The notes below the pieces were generated by a model. That model worked only from the letters and a program-made list of their open reading frames with translations. It did not search any database and was not told the DNA's origin. Below, piece after piece: positions 37,486 to 49,200 of a stretch of 64,000 nucleotides of DNA. Source of the DNA: Eledone cirrhosa (Eukaryota); NCBI GenBank assembly GCA_964016885.1, contig OZ024742.1:375410001-375474000 (forward strand), given 5' to 3'. A program made the position numbers and the translations under genes. Each line of letters begins with the position of its first letter. Positions within the stretch are counted from its first letter, which is position 1.

Positions 37486-40400
37486 CTATGCCTTTGACTT
37501 CTTCTGTGCTTTTGTTTTCTTCTGTACTTTTGACTTCTTCTGTGCCTTTGACTTCTTCTGTGCATTTGATTTCTTCTGTGCTTTTGACTTCTTCTGTGCC
37601 TTTGACTTCTTCTGTGCCTTTGACTTCTTCTGTGCCTTTGTCTTCTTCTGTGCATTTGACTTCTTCTGTGCCTTTGACTTCTTCTGTGCTTTTGTTTCCT
37701 TCTGTGCTTTTGACTTCTTCTGTGCCTTTGACTTCTTCTGTGCCTTTGACTTCTTCTGTGCCTTTGACTTCTTCTGTGCCTATGACTTCTTCTGTGCTTT
37801 TGTTTTCTTCTGTGCCTTTGACTTCTTCTGTGCCTTTGATTTCTTCTGTGCCTTTGACTTCTTCTGTGCCTTTGACTTCTTCTGTGCTTTTGACTTCTTC
37901 TGTGCCTTTGACTTCTTCTGTGGTTTTGACTTCTTCTGTGCCTTTGACTTCTTCTGTGCCTTTGTCTTCTTCTGTGCCTTTGACTTCTTCTGTGCTTTTG
38001 ACTTCTTCTGTGCTTTTGACTTCTTCTGTGCCTTTGACTTCTTCTGTGCTTTTGTTTTCTTCTGTACTTTTGACTTTTTCTGTGCCTTTGACTTCTTCTC
38101 TGCCTTTGACTTCTTCTGTGCTTTTGACTTCTTCTGTGCCTTTGACTTCTTCTGTGCCTTTGACTTCTTCTGTGCTTTTGACTTCTTCTGTGCCTTCGAC
38201 TTCTTCTGTGCCTTTGTCTTCTTCTGTGCCTTTGACTTCTTCTGTGCTTTTGTTTTCTTCTGTGCTTTTGACTTCTTCTGTGCCTTTGAATTCTTCTGTG
38301 CCTTTAACTTCTTCTGTGCTTTTGACTTATTCTGTGCCATTGACTTCTTCTGTGCCTTTGACTTCTTCTGTGCTTTTGACTTCTTCTGTGCCTTTGACTT
38401 CTTCTGTGCCTTTGACTTCTTCTGTGCCTTTGTCTTCTTCTGTGCCTTTGACTTCTTCTGTGCCTTTGACTTCTTCTGTGCTTTTGTTTTCTTCTGTGCC
38501 TTTGACTTCTTCTGTGCCTTTGACTTCTTTTGTGCCTTTGTCTTCTTCTGTGCCTTTGACCTCTTCTGTGCCTTTGACTTCTTCTGTGCTTTTGTTTTCT
38601 TCTGTGCTTTTGACTTCTTCTGTGCCTTTGTCTTCTTCTGTGCCTTTGACTTCTTCTGTGCCTTTGACTTCTTCTGTGCCTTTGACCTCTTCTGTTCTTT
38701 TGACTTCTTCTGTGCCTTTGACTTCTTCTGTGCTTTTGACTTCTTCTGTGCCTTTGACTTCTTCTGTGCTTTTGACTTCTTCTGTGTCTTAGACTTCTTC
38801 TGTGCCTTTGTCTTCTTCTGTGCCTTTGACTTCTGTGCCTTTGTCTTCTTCTGTGCTTTTGACTTCTTCTGTGCCTTTGTCTTCTTTTGTGCCTTTGTCT
38901 TCTTCTGTGCTTTTGTCTTCTTCTGTGCCTTTGTCTTCTTCTGTGCCTTTGTCTTCTTCTGTGCCTTTGACCTCTTCTGTGCCTTTGACTTTTTCTGTGC
39001 TTTTGTTTTCTTCTGTGCTTTTGACTTCTTGTGTGCCTTTGACTTCTTCTGTGCTTTTGACATCTTCTGTGCCTTTGACTTCTTCTGTGCCTTTGACTTC
39101 TTCTGTGCCTTTGTCTTCTTCTGTGCCTTTGACTTCTTCTGTGCTTTTGTCTTCTTCTGTGCCTTTGACTTCTTCTGTGCTTTTGACTTCTTCTGTGCCT
39201 TTGACTTCTTTTGTGCTTTTGTTTTCTTCTGTGCTTTTGACTTCTTCTGTGCCTTTGACTTCTTCTGTGCCTTTGACTTCTTCTGTGCCTTTGTCTTCTT
39301 CTGTGCCTTTGACTTCTTCTGTGCCTTTGACTTCTTCTGTGCCTTTGACCTCTTCTGTTCTTTTGACTTCTTCTGTGCCTTTGACTTCTTCTGTGCTTTT
39401 GACTTCTTCTGTGCCTTTGACTTCTTCTGTGCTTTTGACTTCTTCTGTGTCTTAGACTTCTTCTGTGCCTTTGTCTTCTTCTGTGCCTTTGACTTCTGTG
39501 CCTTTGTCTTCTTCTGTGCTTTTGACTTCTTCTGTGCCTTTGTCTTCTTTTGTGCCTTTGTCTTCTTCTGTGCTTTTGACTTCTTCTGTGACTTTGACTT
39601 CTTCTGTGCCTTTGACTTCTTCTGTGCCTTTGACTTCTTCTGTGCCTTAGACTTCTTCTGTGCTTTTGTTTTCTTCTGTGATTTTGACTTCTTCTGTGCC
39701 TTTGTCTTCTTCTGTGCCTTTGACTTCTTCTGTGCTTTTGACTTCTTCTGTGCCTTTGACTTCTTCTGTGCCTTTGACTTCTTCTGTGCCTTTGTCTTCT
39801 TCTGTGCCTTTGACTTCTTCTGTGCCTTTGACTTCTTCTGTGCTTTTGTTTCCTTCTGTGCTTTTGACTTCTTCTGTGCCTTTGACTTCTTCTGTGCCTT
39901 TGACTTCTTCTGTGCCTTTGACTTCTTCTGTGCCTTTGACTTCTTCTGTGCTTTTGTTTTCTTCTGTGCCTTTGACTTCTTCTGTGCCTTTGATTTCTTC
40001 TGTGCCTTTGACTTCTTCTGTGCCTTTGACTTCTGCTGTGGTTTTGACTTCTTCTGTGCCTTTGACTTCTTCTGTGCCTTTGTCTTCTTCTGTGCCTTTG
40101 ACTTCTTCTGTGCTTTTGTTTTCTTCTGTACTTTTGACTTCTTCTGTGCCTTTGACTTCTTCTTTGCCTTTGACTTCTTCTGTGCTTTTGACTTCTTCTG
40201 TGCCTTTGACTTCTTCTGTGCCTTTGACTTCTTCTGTGCTTTTGACTTCTTCTGTGCCTTTGACTTCTTCTGTGCCTTTGTCTTCTTCTGTGCCTTTGAC
40301 TTCTTCTGTGCTTTTGTTTTCTTCTGTGCTTTTGACTTCTTCTGTGCCTTTGACTTCTTCTGTGCTTTTGACTTCTTCTGTGCCTTTGACTTCTTCTGTG

Positions 40401-43289
40401 CCTTTGACTTCTTCTGTGCTTTTGTTTTCTTCTGTGCTTTTGACTTCTTCTGTGCCTTTGAATTCTTCTGTGCCTTTGACTTCTTCTGTGCTTTTGACTT
40501 CTTCTGTGCCTTTGACTTCTTCTGTGCCTTTGTCTTCTTCTGTGCCTTTGACTTCTTCTGTGCTTTTGTTTTCTTCTGTGCCTTTGACTTCTTCTGTGCC
40601 TTTGATTTCTTCTGTGCCTTTGACTTCTTCTGTGCCTTTGACTTCTGCTGTGGTTTTGACTTCTTCTGTGCTTTTGACTTCTTCTGTGCTTTTGACTTCT
40701 TCTGTGCCTTTGACTTCTTCTGTGCTTTTGTTTTCTTCTGTACTTTTGACTTCTTCTGTGCCTTTGACTTCTTCTCTGCCTTTGACTTCTTCTGTGCTTT
40801 TGACTTCTTCTGTGCCTTTGACTTCTTCTGTGCCTTTGACTTCTTCTGTGCTTTTGACTTCTTCTGTGCCTTTGACTTCTTCTGTGCCTTTGTCTTCTTC
40901 TGTGCCTTTGACTTCTTCTGTGCTTTTGTTTTCTTCTGTGCTTTTGACTTCTTCTGTGCCTTTGAATTCTTCTGTGCCTTTAACTTCTTCTGTGCTTTTG
41001 ACCTATACTGTGCCATTGACTTCTTCTGTGCCTTTGACTCCTTCTGTGCTTTTGACTTCTTCTGTGCCTTTGACTTCTTCTGTGCCTTTGACTTCTTCTG
41101 TGCCTTTGTCTTCTTCTGTGCCTTTGACCTCTTCTGTGCCTTTGACTTCTTCTGTGCTTTTGTTTTCTTCTGTGCTTTTGACTTCTTCTGTGCCTTTGTC
41201 TTCTTCTGTGCCTTTGACTTCTTCTGTGCCTTTGACTTCTTCTGTGCCTTTGACTTCTTCTGTTCTTTTGACTTCTTCTGTACCTTTGACTTCTTCTGTG
41301 CTTTTGACTTCTTCTGTGCCTTTGACTTCTTCTGTGCTTTTGACTTCTTCTGTGCCTTTGACTTCTTCTGTGCCTTTGTCTTCTTCTGTGCCTTTGACTT
41401 CTTCTGTGCCTTTGTCTTCTTCTGTGCTTTTGACTTCTTCTGTGCCTTTGTCTTCTTCTGTGCCTTTGTCTTCTTCTGTGCTTTTGTCTTCTTCTGTGCC
41501 TTTGTCTTCTTCTGTGCCTTTGTCTTCTTCTGTGCCTTTGTCTTCTTCTGTGCCTTTGTCTTCTTCTGCGCTTTTGTTTTCTTCTGTGCTTTTGACTTCT
41601 TCTGTGCCTTTGACTTCTTCTGTGCCTTTGACCTCTTCTGTGCCTTTGACTTCTTCTGTGCTTTTGTTTTCTTCTGTGCTTTTGACTTCTTCTGTGCCTT
41701 TGTCTTCTTCTGTGCCTTTGACTTCTTCTGTGCCTTTGACTTCTTCTGTGCCTTTGACTTCTTCTGTTCTTTTGACTTCTTCTGTGCCTTTGACTTCTTC
41801 TGTGCTTTTGACTTCTTCTGTGCCTTTGACTTCTTCTGTGCTTTTGACTTCTTCTGTGCCTTTGACTTCTTCTGTGCCTTTGTCTTCTTCTGTGCCTTTG
41901 ACTTCTGTGCCTTTGTCTTCTTCTGTGCTTTTGAATTCTTCTGTGCCTTTGTCTTCTTCTGTGCCTTTGTCTTCTTCTGTGCTCTTGTCTTCTTCTGTGC
42001 ATTTGTCTTCTTCTGTGCCTTTGTCTTCTTCTGTGCCTTTGTCTTCTTCTGTGCTTTTGTTTTCTTCTGTGCTTTTGACTTCTTCTGTGCCTTTGACTTC
42101 TTCTGTGCCTTTGACTTCTTCTGTGCTTTTGACATCTTCTGTGCCTTTGACTTCTTCTGTGCCTTTGACTTCTTCTGTGCCTTTGTCTTCTTCTGTGCCT
42201 TTGACTTCTTCTGTGCTTTTGTCTTCTTCTGTGCCTTTGACTTCTTCTGTGCTTTTGACTTCTTCTGTGCCTTTGACTTCTTTTGTGCTTTTGTTTTCTT
42301 CTGTGCTTTTGACTTCTTCTGTGCCTTTGACTTCTTCTGTGCCTTTGACTTCTTCTGTGCCTTTGACTTCTTCTGTGCTTTTCTCTTCTTCTGTGCCTTT
42401 GACTTCTTCTGTGCTTTTGACTTCTTCTGTGCCTTTGACTTCGTCTGTGCTTTTGTTTTCTTCTGTGCCTTTGACTTCTTCTGTGCCTTTGACTTCTTCT
42501 GTGCATTTGACTTCTTCTGTGCTTTTGACTTCTTCTGTGCCTTTGACTTCTTCTGTGCCTTTGACTTCTTCTGTGCCTTTGACTTCTTCTGTGCCTTAGA
42601 CTTCTTCTGTGCTTTTGTTTTCTTCTGTGCTTTTGACTTCTTCTGTGCCTTTGTCTTCTTCTGTGCCTTTGACTTCTTCTGTGCTTTTGACTTCTTCTGT
42701 GCCTTTGACTTCTTCTGTGCCTTTGACTTCTTCTGTGCCTTTGTCTTCTTCTGTGCCTTTGACTTCTTCTGTGCCTTTGACTTCTTCTGTGCTTTTGTTT
42801 CCTTCTGTGCTTTTGACTTCTTCTGTGCCTTTGACTTCTTCTGTGCCTTTGACTTCTTCTGTGCCTTTGACTTCTTCTGTGCCTTTGACTTCTTCTGTGC
42901 TTTTGTTTTCTTCTGTGCCTTTGACTTCTTCTGTGCCTTTGATTTCTTCTGTGCCTTTGACTTCTTCTGTGCCTTTGACTTCTTCTGTGCTTTTGACTTC
43001 TTCTGTGCCTTTGACTTCTTCTGTGGTTTTGACTTCTTCTGTGCCTTTGACTTCTTCTGTGCCTTTGTCTTCTTCTGTGCCTTTGACTTCTTCTGTGCTT
43101 TTGACTTCTTCTGTGCTTTTGTCTTCTTCTGTGCTTTTGACTTCTTATGTGCCTTTGTCTTCTTCAGTGCCTTTGTCTTCTTCTGTGCTTTTGTCTTCTT
43201 CTGTGCCTTTGTCTTCTTCTGTGCCTTTGTCTTCTTCTGTGCCTTTGTCTTCTTCTGTGCCTTTGTCTTCTTCTGTGCCTTTGTCTTCT

Positions 43290-46200
43290 TCTGCGCTTTT
43301 GTTTTCTTCTGTGCTTTTGACTTCTTCTGTGCCTTTGACTTCTTCTGTGCCTTTGACCTCTTCTGTGCCTTTGACTTCTTCTGTGCTTTTGTTTTCTTCT
43401 GTGCTTTTGACTTCTTCTGTGCCTTTGTCTTCTTCTGTGCCTTTGACTTCTTCTGTGCCTTTGACTTCTTCTGTGCCTTTGACTTCTTCTGTTCTTTTGA
43501 CTTCTTCTGTGCCTTTGACTTCTTCTGTGCTTTTGACTTCTTCTGTGCCTTTGACTTCTTCTGTGCTTTTGACTTCTTCTGTGCCTTTGACTTCTTCTGT
43601 GCCTTTGTCTTCTTCTGTGCCTTTGACTTCTGTGCCTTTGTCTTCTTCTGTGCTTTTGAATTCTTCTGTGCCTTTGTCTTCTTCTGTGCCTTTGTCTTCT
43701 TCTGTGCTCTTGTCTTCTTCTGTGCATTTGTCTTCTTCTGTGCCTTTGTCTTCTTCTGTGCCTTTGTCTTCTTCTGTGCTTTTGTTTTCTTCTGTGCTTT
43801 TGACTTCTTCTGTGCCTTTGACTTCTTCTGTGCCTTTGACTTCTTCTGTGCTTTTGACATCTTCTGTGCCTTTGACTTCTTCTGTGCCTTTGACTTCTTC
43901 TGTGCCTTTGTCTTCTTCTGTGCCTTTGACTTCTTCTGTGCTTTTGTCTTCTTCTGTGCCTTTGACTTCTTCTGTGCTTTTGACTTCTTCTGTGCCTTTG
44001 ACTTCTTTTGTGCTTTTGTTTTCTTCTGTGCTTTTGACTTCTTCTGTGCCTTTGACTTCTTCTGTGCCTTTGACTTCTTCTGTGCCTTTGACTTCTTCTG
44101 TGCTTTTCTCTTCTTCTGTGCCTTTGACTTCTTCTGTGCTTTTGACTTCTTCTGTTCCTTTGACTTCGTCTGTGCTTTTGTTTTCTTCTGTGCCTTTGAC
44201 TTCTTCTGTGCCTTTGACTTCTTCTGTGCATTTGACTTCTTCTGTGCTTTTGACTTCTTCTGTGCCTTTGACTTCTTCTGTGCCTTTGACTTCTTCTGTG
44301 CCTTTGACTTCTTCTGTGCCTTAGACTTCTTCTGTGCTTTTGTTTTCTTCTGTGCTTTTGACTTCTTCTGTGCCTTTGTCTTCTTCTGTGCCTTTGACTT
44401 CTTCTGTGCTTTTGACTTCTTCTGTGCCTTTGACTTCTTCTGTGCCTTTGACTTCTTCTGTGCCTTTGTCTTCTTCTGTGCCTTTGACTTCTTCTGTGCC
44501 TTTGACTTCTTCTGTGCTTTTGTTTCCTTCTGTGCTTTTGACTTCTTCTGTGCCTTTGACTTCTTCTGTGCCTTTGACTTCTTCTGTGCCTTTGACTTCT
44601 TCTGTGCCTTTGACTTCTTCTGTGCTTTTGTTTTCTTCTGTGCCTTTGACTTCTTCTGTGCCTTTGATTTCTTCTGTGCCTTTGACTTCTTCTGTGCCTT
44701 TGACTTCTTCTGTGCTTTTGACTTCTTCTGTGCCTTTGACTTCTTCTGTGGTTTTGACTTCTTCTGTGCCTTTGACTTCTTCTGTGCCTTTGTCTTCTTC
44801 TGTGCCTTTGACTTCTTCTGTGCTTTTGACTTCTTCTGTGCTTTTGACTTCTTCTGTGCCTTTGACTTCTTCTGTGCTTTTGTTTTCTTCTGTACTTTTG
44901 ATTTCTTCTGTGCCTTTGACTTCTTCTCTGCCTTTGACTTCTTCTGTGCTTTTGACTTCTTCTGTGCCTTTGACTTCTTCTGTGCCTTTGACTTCTTCTG
45001 TGCTTTTGACTTCTTCTGTGCCTTTGACTTCTTCTGTGCCTTTGTGTCTTCTGTGCCTTTGACTTCTTCTGTGCTTTTTTTTTCTTCTGTGCTTTTGACT
45101 TCTTCTGTGCCTTTGAATTCTTCTGTGCCTTTAACTTCTTCTGTGCTTTTGACTTATACTGTGCCATTGACTTCTTCTGTGCCTTTGACTTCTTCTGTGC
45201 TTTTGACTTCTTCTGTGCCTTTGACTTCTTCTGTGCCTTTGACTTCTTCTGTGCCTTTGACTTCTTCTGTGCCTTTGTCTTCTTCTGTGCCTTTGACCTC
45301 TTCTGTGCCTTTGACTTCTTCTGTGCTTTTGTTTTCTTCTGTGCTTTTGACTTCTTCTGTGCCTTTGTCTTCTTCTGTGCCTTTGACTTCTTCTGTGCCT
45401 TTGACTTCTTCTGTGCCTTTGACTTCTTCTGTTCTTTTGACTTCTTCTGTACCTTTGACTTCTTCTGTGCTTTTGACTTCTTCTGTGCCTTTGACTTCTT
45501 CTGTGCTTTTGACTTCTTCTGTGCCTTTGACTTCTTCTGTGCCTTTGTCTTCTTCTGTGCCTTTGACTTCTTCTGTGCCTTTGTCTTCTTCTGTGCTTTT
45601 GACTTCTTCTGTGCCTTTGTCTTCTTCTGTGCCTTTGTCTTCTTCTGTGCTTTTGTCTTCTTCTGTGCCTTTGTCTTCTTCTGTGCCTTTGTCTTCTTCT
45701 GTGCCTTTGTCTTCTTCTGTGCTTTTGTTTTCTTCTGTGCTTTTGACTTCTTCTGTGCCTTTGACTTCTTCTGTGCCTTTGACTTCTTCTGTGCTTTTGA
45801 CATCTTCTGAGCCTTTGACTTCTTCTGTGCCTTTGACTTCTTCTGTGCCTTTGTCTTCTTCTGTGCCTTTGACTTCTTCTGTGCTTTTGTCTTCTTCTGT
45901 GCCTTTGACTTCTTTTGTGCTTTTGTTTTCTTCTGTGCTTTTGACTTCTTCTGTGCCTTTGACTTCTTCTGTGCCTTTGACTTCTTCTGTGCCTTTGACT
46001 TCTTCTGTGCTTTTCTCTTCTTCTGTGCCTTTGTCTTCTTCTGTGCCTTTGACTTCTTCTGTGCTTTTGTTTTCTTCTGTGCCTTTAACTTCTTCTGTGC
46101 CTTTGACTTCTTCTGTGCCTTTAACTTCTTCTGTGCTTTTGACTTCTTCTGTGCCTTTGACTTCTTCTGTGCCTTTGACTTCTTCTGTGCTTTTGACTTC

Positions 46201-49200
46201 TTCTGTGCCTTTGACTTCTTCTGTGCCTTTGACTTCTTCTGTGCCTTTGTCTTCTTCTGTGCCTTTGACTTCTTCTGTGCCTTTGACTTCTTCTGTGCCT
46301 TTGACTTCTTCTGTGCCTTTGACTTCTTCTGTGCTTTTGTTTTCTTCTGTGCTTTTGACTTCTTCTGTGCCTTTGACTTCTTCTGTGCCTTTGAATTCTT
46401 CTGTGCCTTTGACTTCTTCTGTGCCTTTGACTTCTTCTGTGCTTTTGTTTTCTTCTGTGCTTTTGACTTCTTCTGTGCCTTTGAATTCTTCTGTGCCTTT
46501 GACTTCTTCTGTGCTTTTGACTTCTTCTGTGCCTTTGACTTCTTCTGTGCCTTTGTCTTCTTCTGTGCCTTTGACTTCTTCTGTGCTTTTGTTTTCTTCT
46601 GTGCCTTTGACTTCTTCTGTGCCTTTATTTTCTTCTGTGCCTTTGACTTCTTCTGTGCCTTCGACTTCTGCTGTGGTTTTGACTTCTTCTGTGCTTTTGA
46701 CTTCTTCTGTGCTTTTGACTTCTTCTGTGCCTTTGACTTCTTCTGTGCTTTTGTTTTCTTCTGTACATTTGACTTCTTCTGTGCCTTTGACTTCTTCTCT
46801 GCCTTTGACTTCTTCTGTGCTTTTGACTTCTTCTGTGCCTTTGACTTCTTCTGTGCCTTTGACTTCTTCTGTGCTTTTGACTTCTTCTGTGCCTTTGACT
46901 TCTTCTGTGCCTTTGTCTTCTTCTGTGCCTTTGACTTCTTCTGTGCTTTTGTTTTCTTCTGTGCTTTTGACTTCTTCTGTGCCTTTGAATTCTTCTGTGC
47001 CTTTAACTTCTTCTGTGCTTTTGACTTATACTGTGCCATTGACTTCTTCTGTGCCTTTGACTCCTTCTGTGCTTTTGACTTCTTCTGTGCCTTTGACTTC
47101 TTCTGTGCCTTTGACTTCTTCTGTGCCTTTGTCTTCTTCTGTGCCTTTGACCTCTTCTGTGCCTTTGACTTCTTCTGTGCTTTTGTTTTATTCTGTGCTT
47201 TTGACTTCTTCTGTGCCTTTGTCTTCTTCTGTGCCTTTGACTTCTTCTGTGCCTTTGACTTCTTCTGTGCCTTTGACTTCTTCTGTTCTTTTGACTTCTT
47301 CTGTACCTTTGACTTCTTCTGTGCTTTTGACTTCTTCTGTGCCTTTGACTTCTTCTGTGCTTTTGACTTCTTCTGTGCCTTTGACTTCTTCTGTGCCTTT
47401 GTCTTCTTCTGTGCCTTTGACTTCTTCTGTGCCTTTGTCTTCTTCTGTGCTTTTGACTTCTTCTGTGCCTTTGTCTTCTTCTGTGCCTTTGTCTTCTTCT
47501 GTGCTTTTGTCTTCTTCTGTGCCTTTGTCTTCTTCTGTGCCTTTGTCTTCTTCTGTGCCTTTGTCTTCTTCTGTGCCTTTGTCTTCTTCTGTGCCTTTGT
47601 CTTCTTCTGCGCTTTTGATTTCTTCTGTGCTTTTGACTTCTTCTGTGCCTTTGACTTCTTCTGTGCCTTTGACCTCTTCTGTGCCTTTGACTTCTTCTGT
47701 GCTTTTGTTTTCTTCTGTGCTTTTGACTTCTTCTGTGCCTTTGTCTTCTTCTGTGCCTTTGACTTCTTCTGTGCCTTTGACTTCTTCTGTGCCTTTGACT
47801 TCTTCTGTTCTTTTGACTTCTTCTGTGCCTTTGACTTCTTCTGTGCTTTTGACTTCTTCTGTGCCTTTGACTTCTTCTGTGCTTTTGACTTCTTCTGTGC
47901 CTTTGACTTCTTCTGTGCCTTTGTCTTCTTCTGTGCCTTTGACTTCTGTGCCTTTGTCTTCTTCTGTGCTTTTGAATTCTTCTGTGCCTTTGTCTTCTTC
48001 TGTGCCTTTGTCTTCTTCTGTGCTCTTGTCTTCTTCTGTGCATTTGTCTTCTTCTGTGCCTTTGTCTTCTTCTGTGCCTTTGTCTTCTTCTGTGCTTTTG
48101 TTTTCTTCTGTGCTTTTGACTTCTTCTGTGCCTTTGACTTCTTCTGTGCCTTTGACTTCTTCTGTGCTTTTGACATCTTCTGTGCCTTTGACTTCTTCTG
48201 TGCCTTTGACTTCTTCTGTGCCTTTGTCTTCTTCTGTGCCTTTGACTTCTTCTGTGCTTTTGTCTTCTTCTGTGCCTTTGACTTCTTCTGTGCTTTTGAC
48301 TTCTTCTGTGCCTTTGACTTCTTTTGTGCTTTTGTTTTCTTCTGTGCTTTTGACTTCTTCTGTGCCTTTGACTTCTTCTGTGCCTTTGACTTCTTCTGTG
48401 CCTTTGACTTCTTCTGTGCTTTTCTCTTCTTCTGTGCCTTTGACTTCTTCTGTGCTTTTGACTTCTTCTGTGCCTTTGACTTCGGCTGTGCTTTTGTTTT
48501 CTTCTGTGCCTTTGACTTCTTCTGTGCCTTTGACTTCTTCTGTGCATTTGACTTCTTCTGTGCTTTTGACTTCTTCTGTGCCTTTGACTTCTTCTGTGCC
48601 TTTGACTTCTTCTGTGCCTTTGACTTCTTCTGTGCCTTAGACTTCTTCTGTGCTTTTGTTTTCTTCTGTGCTTTTGACTTCTTCTGTGCCTTTGTCTTCT
48701 TCTGTGCCTTTGACTTCTTCTGTGCTTTTGACTTCTTCTGTGCCTTTGACTTCTTCTGTGCCTTTGACTTCTTCTGTGCCTTTGTCTTCTTCTGTGCCTT
48801 TGACTTCTTCTGTGCCTTTGACTTCTTCTGTGCTTTTGTTTCCTTCTGTGCTTTTGACTTCTTCTGTGCCTTTGACTTCTTCTGTGCCTTTGACTTCTTC
48901 TGTGCCTTTGACTTCTTCTGTGCCTTTGACTTCTTCTGTGCTTTTGTTTTCTTCTGTGCCTTTGACTTCTTCTGTGCCTTTGATTTCTTCTGTGCCTTTG
49001 ACTTCTTCTGTGCCTTTGACTTCTTCTGTGCTTTTGACTTCTTCTGTGCCTTTGACTTCTTCTGTGGTTTTGACTTCTTCTGTGCCTTTGACTTCTTCTG
49101 TGCCTTTGTCTTCTTCTGTGCCTTTGACTTCTTCTGTGCTTTTGACTTCTTCTGTGCTTTTGACTTCTTCTGTGCCTTTGACTTCTTCTGTGCTTTTGTT

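Noticed and set aside
45071-45090. T9 run as an intrinsic terminator or retroposon poly(A) tail
   Set aside because: It is GCTTTTGTTTTC with a single G>T change and unchanged monomer length. There is no upstream hairpin and no target-site duplication.
1679-48640. 15,653-aa + strand ORF, (CAFDFF)n then (VPLTSS)n, as a giant protein gene
   Set aside because: In TGT GCC TTT GAC TTC TTC only TGT is one substitution from a stop, so this phase stays open by composition alone. The start is an internal TTG variant, the ORF changes phase at the 17-bp monomer at 45045, and a 50% Phe poly-hexapeptide is implausible. TGA does appear in this register at 45808, 50106, 53540, 60203 and 60887.
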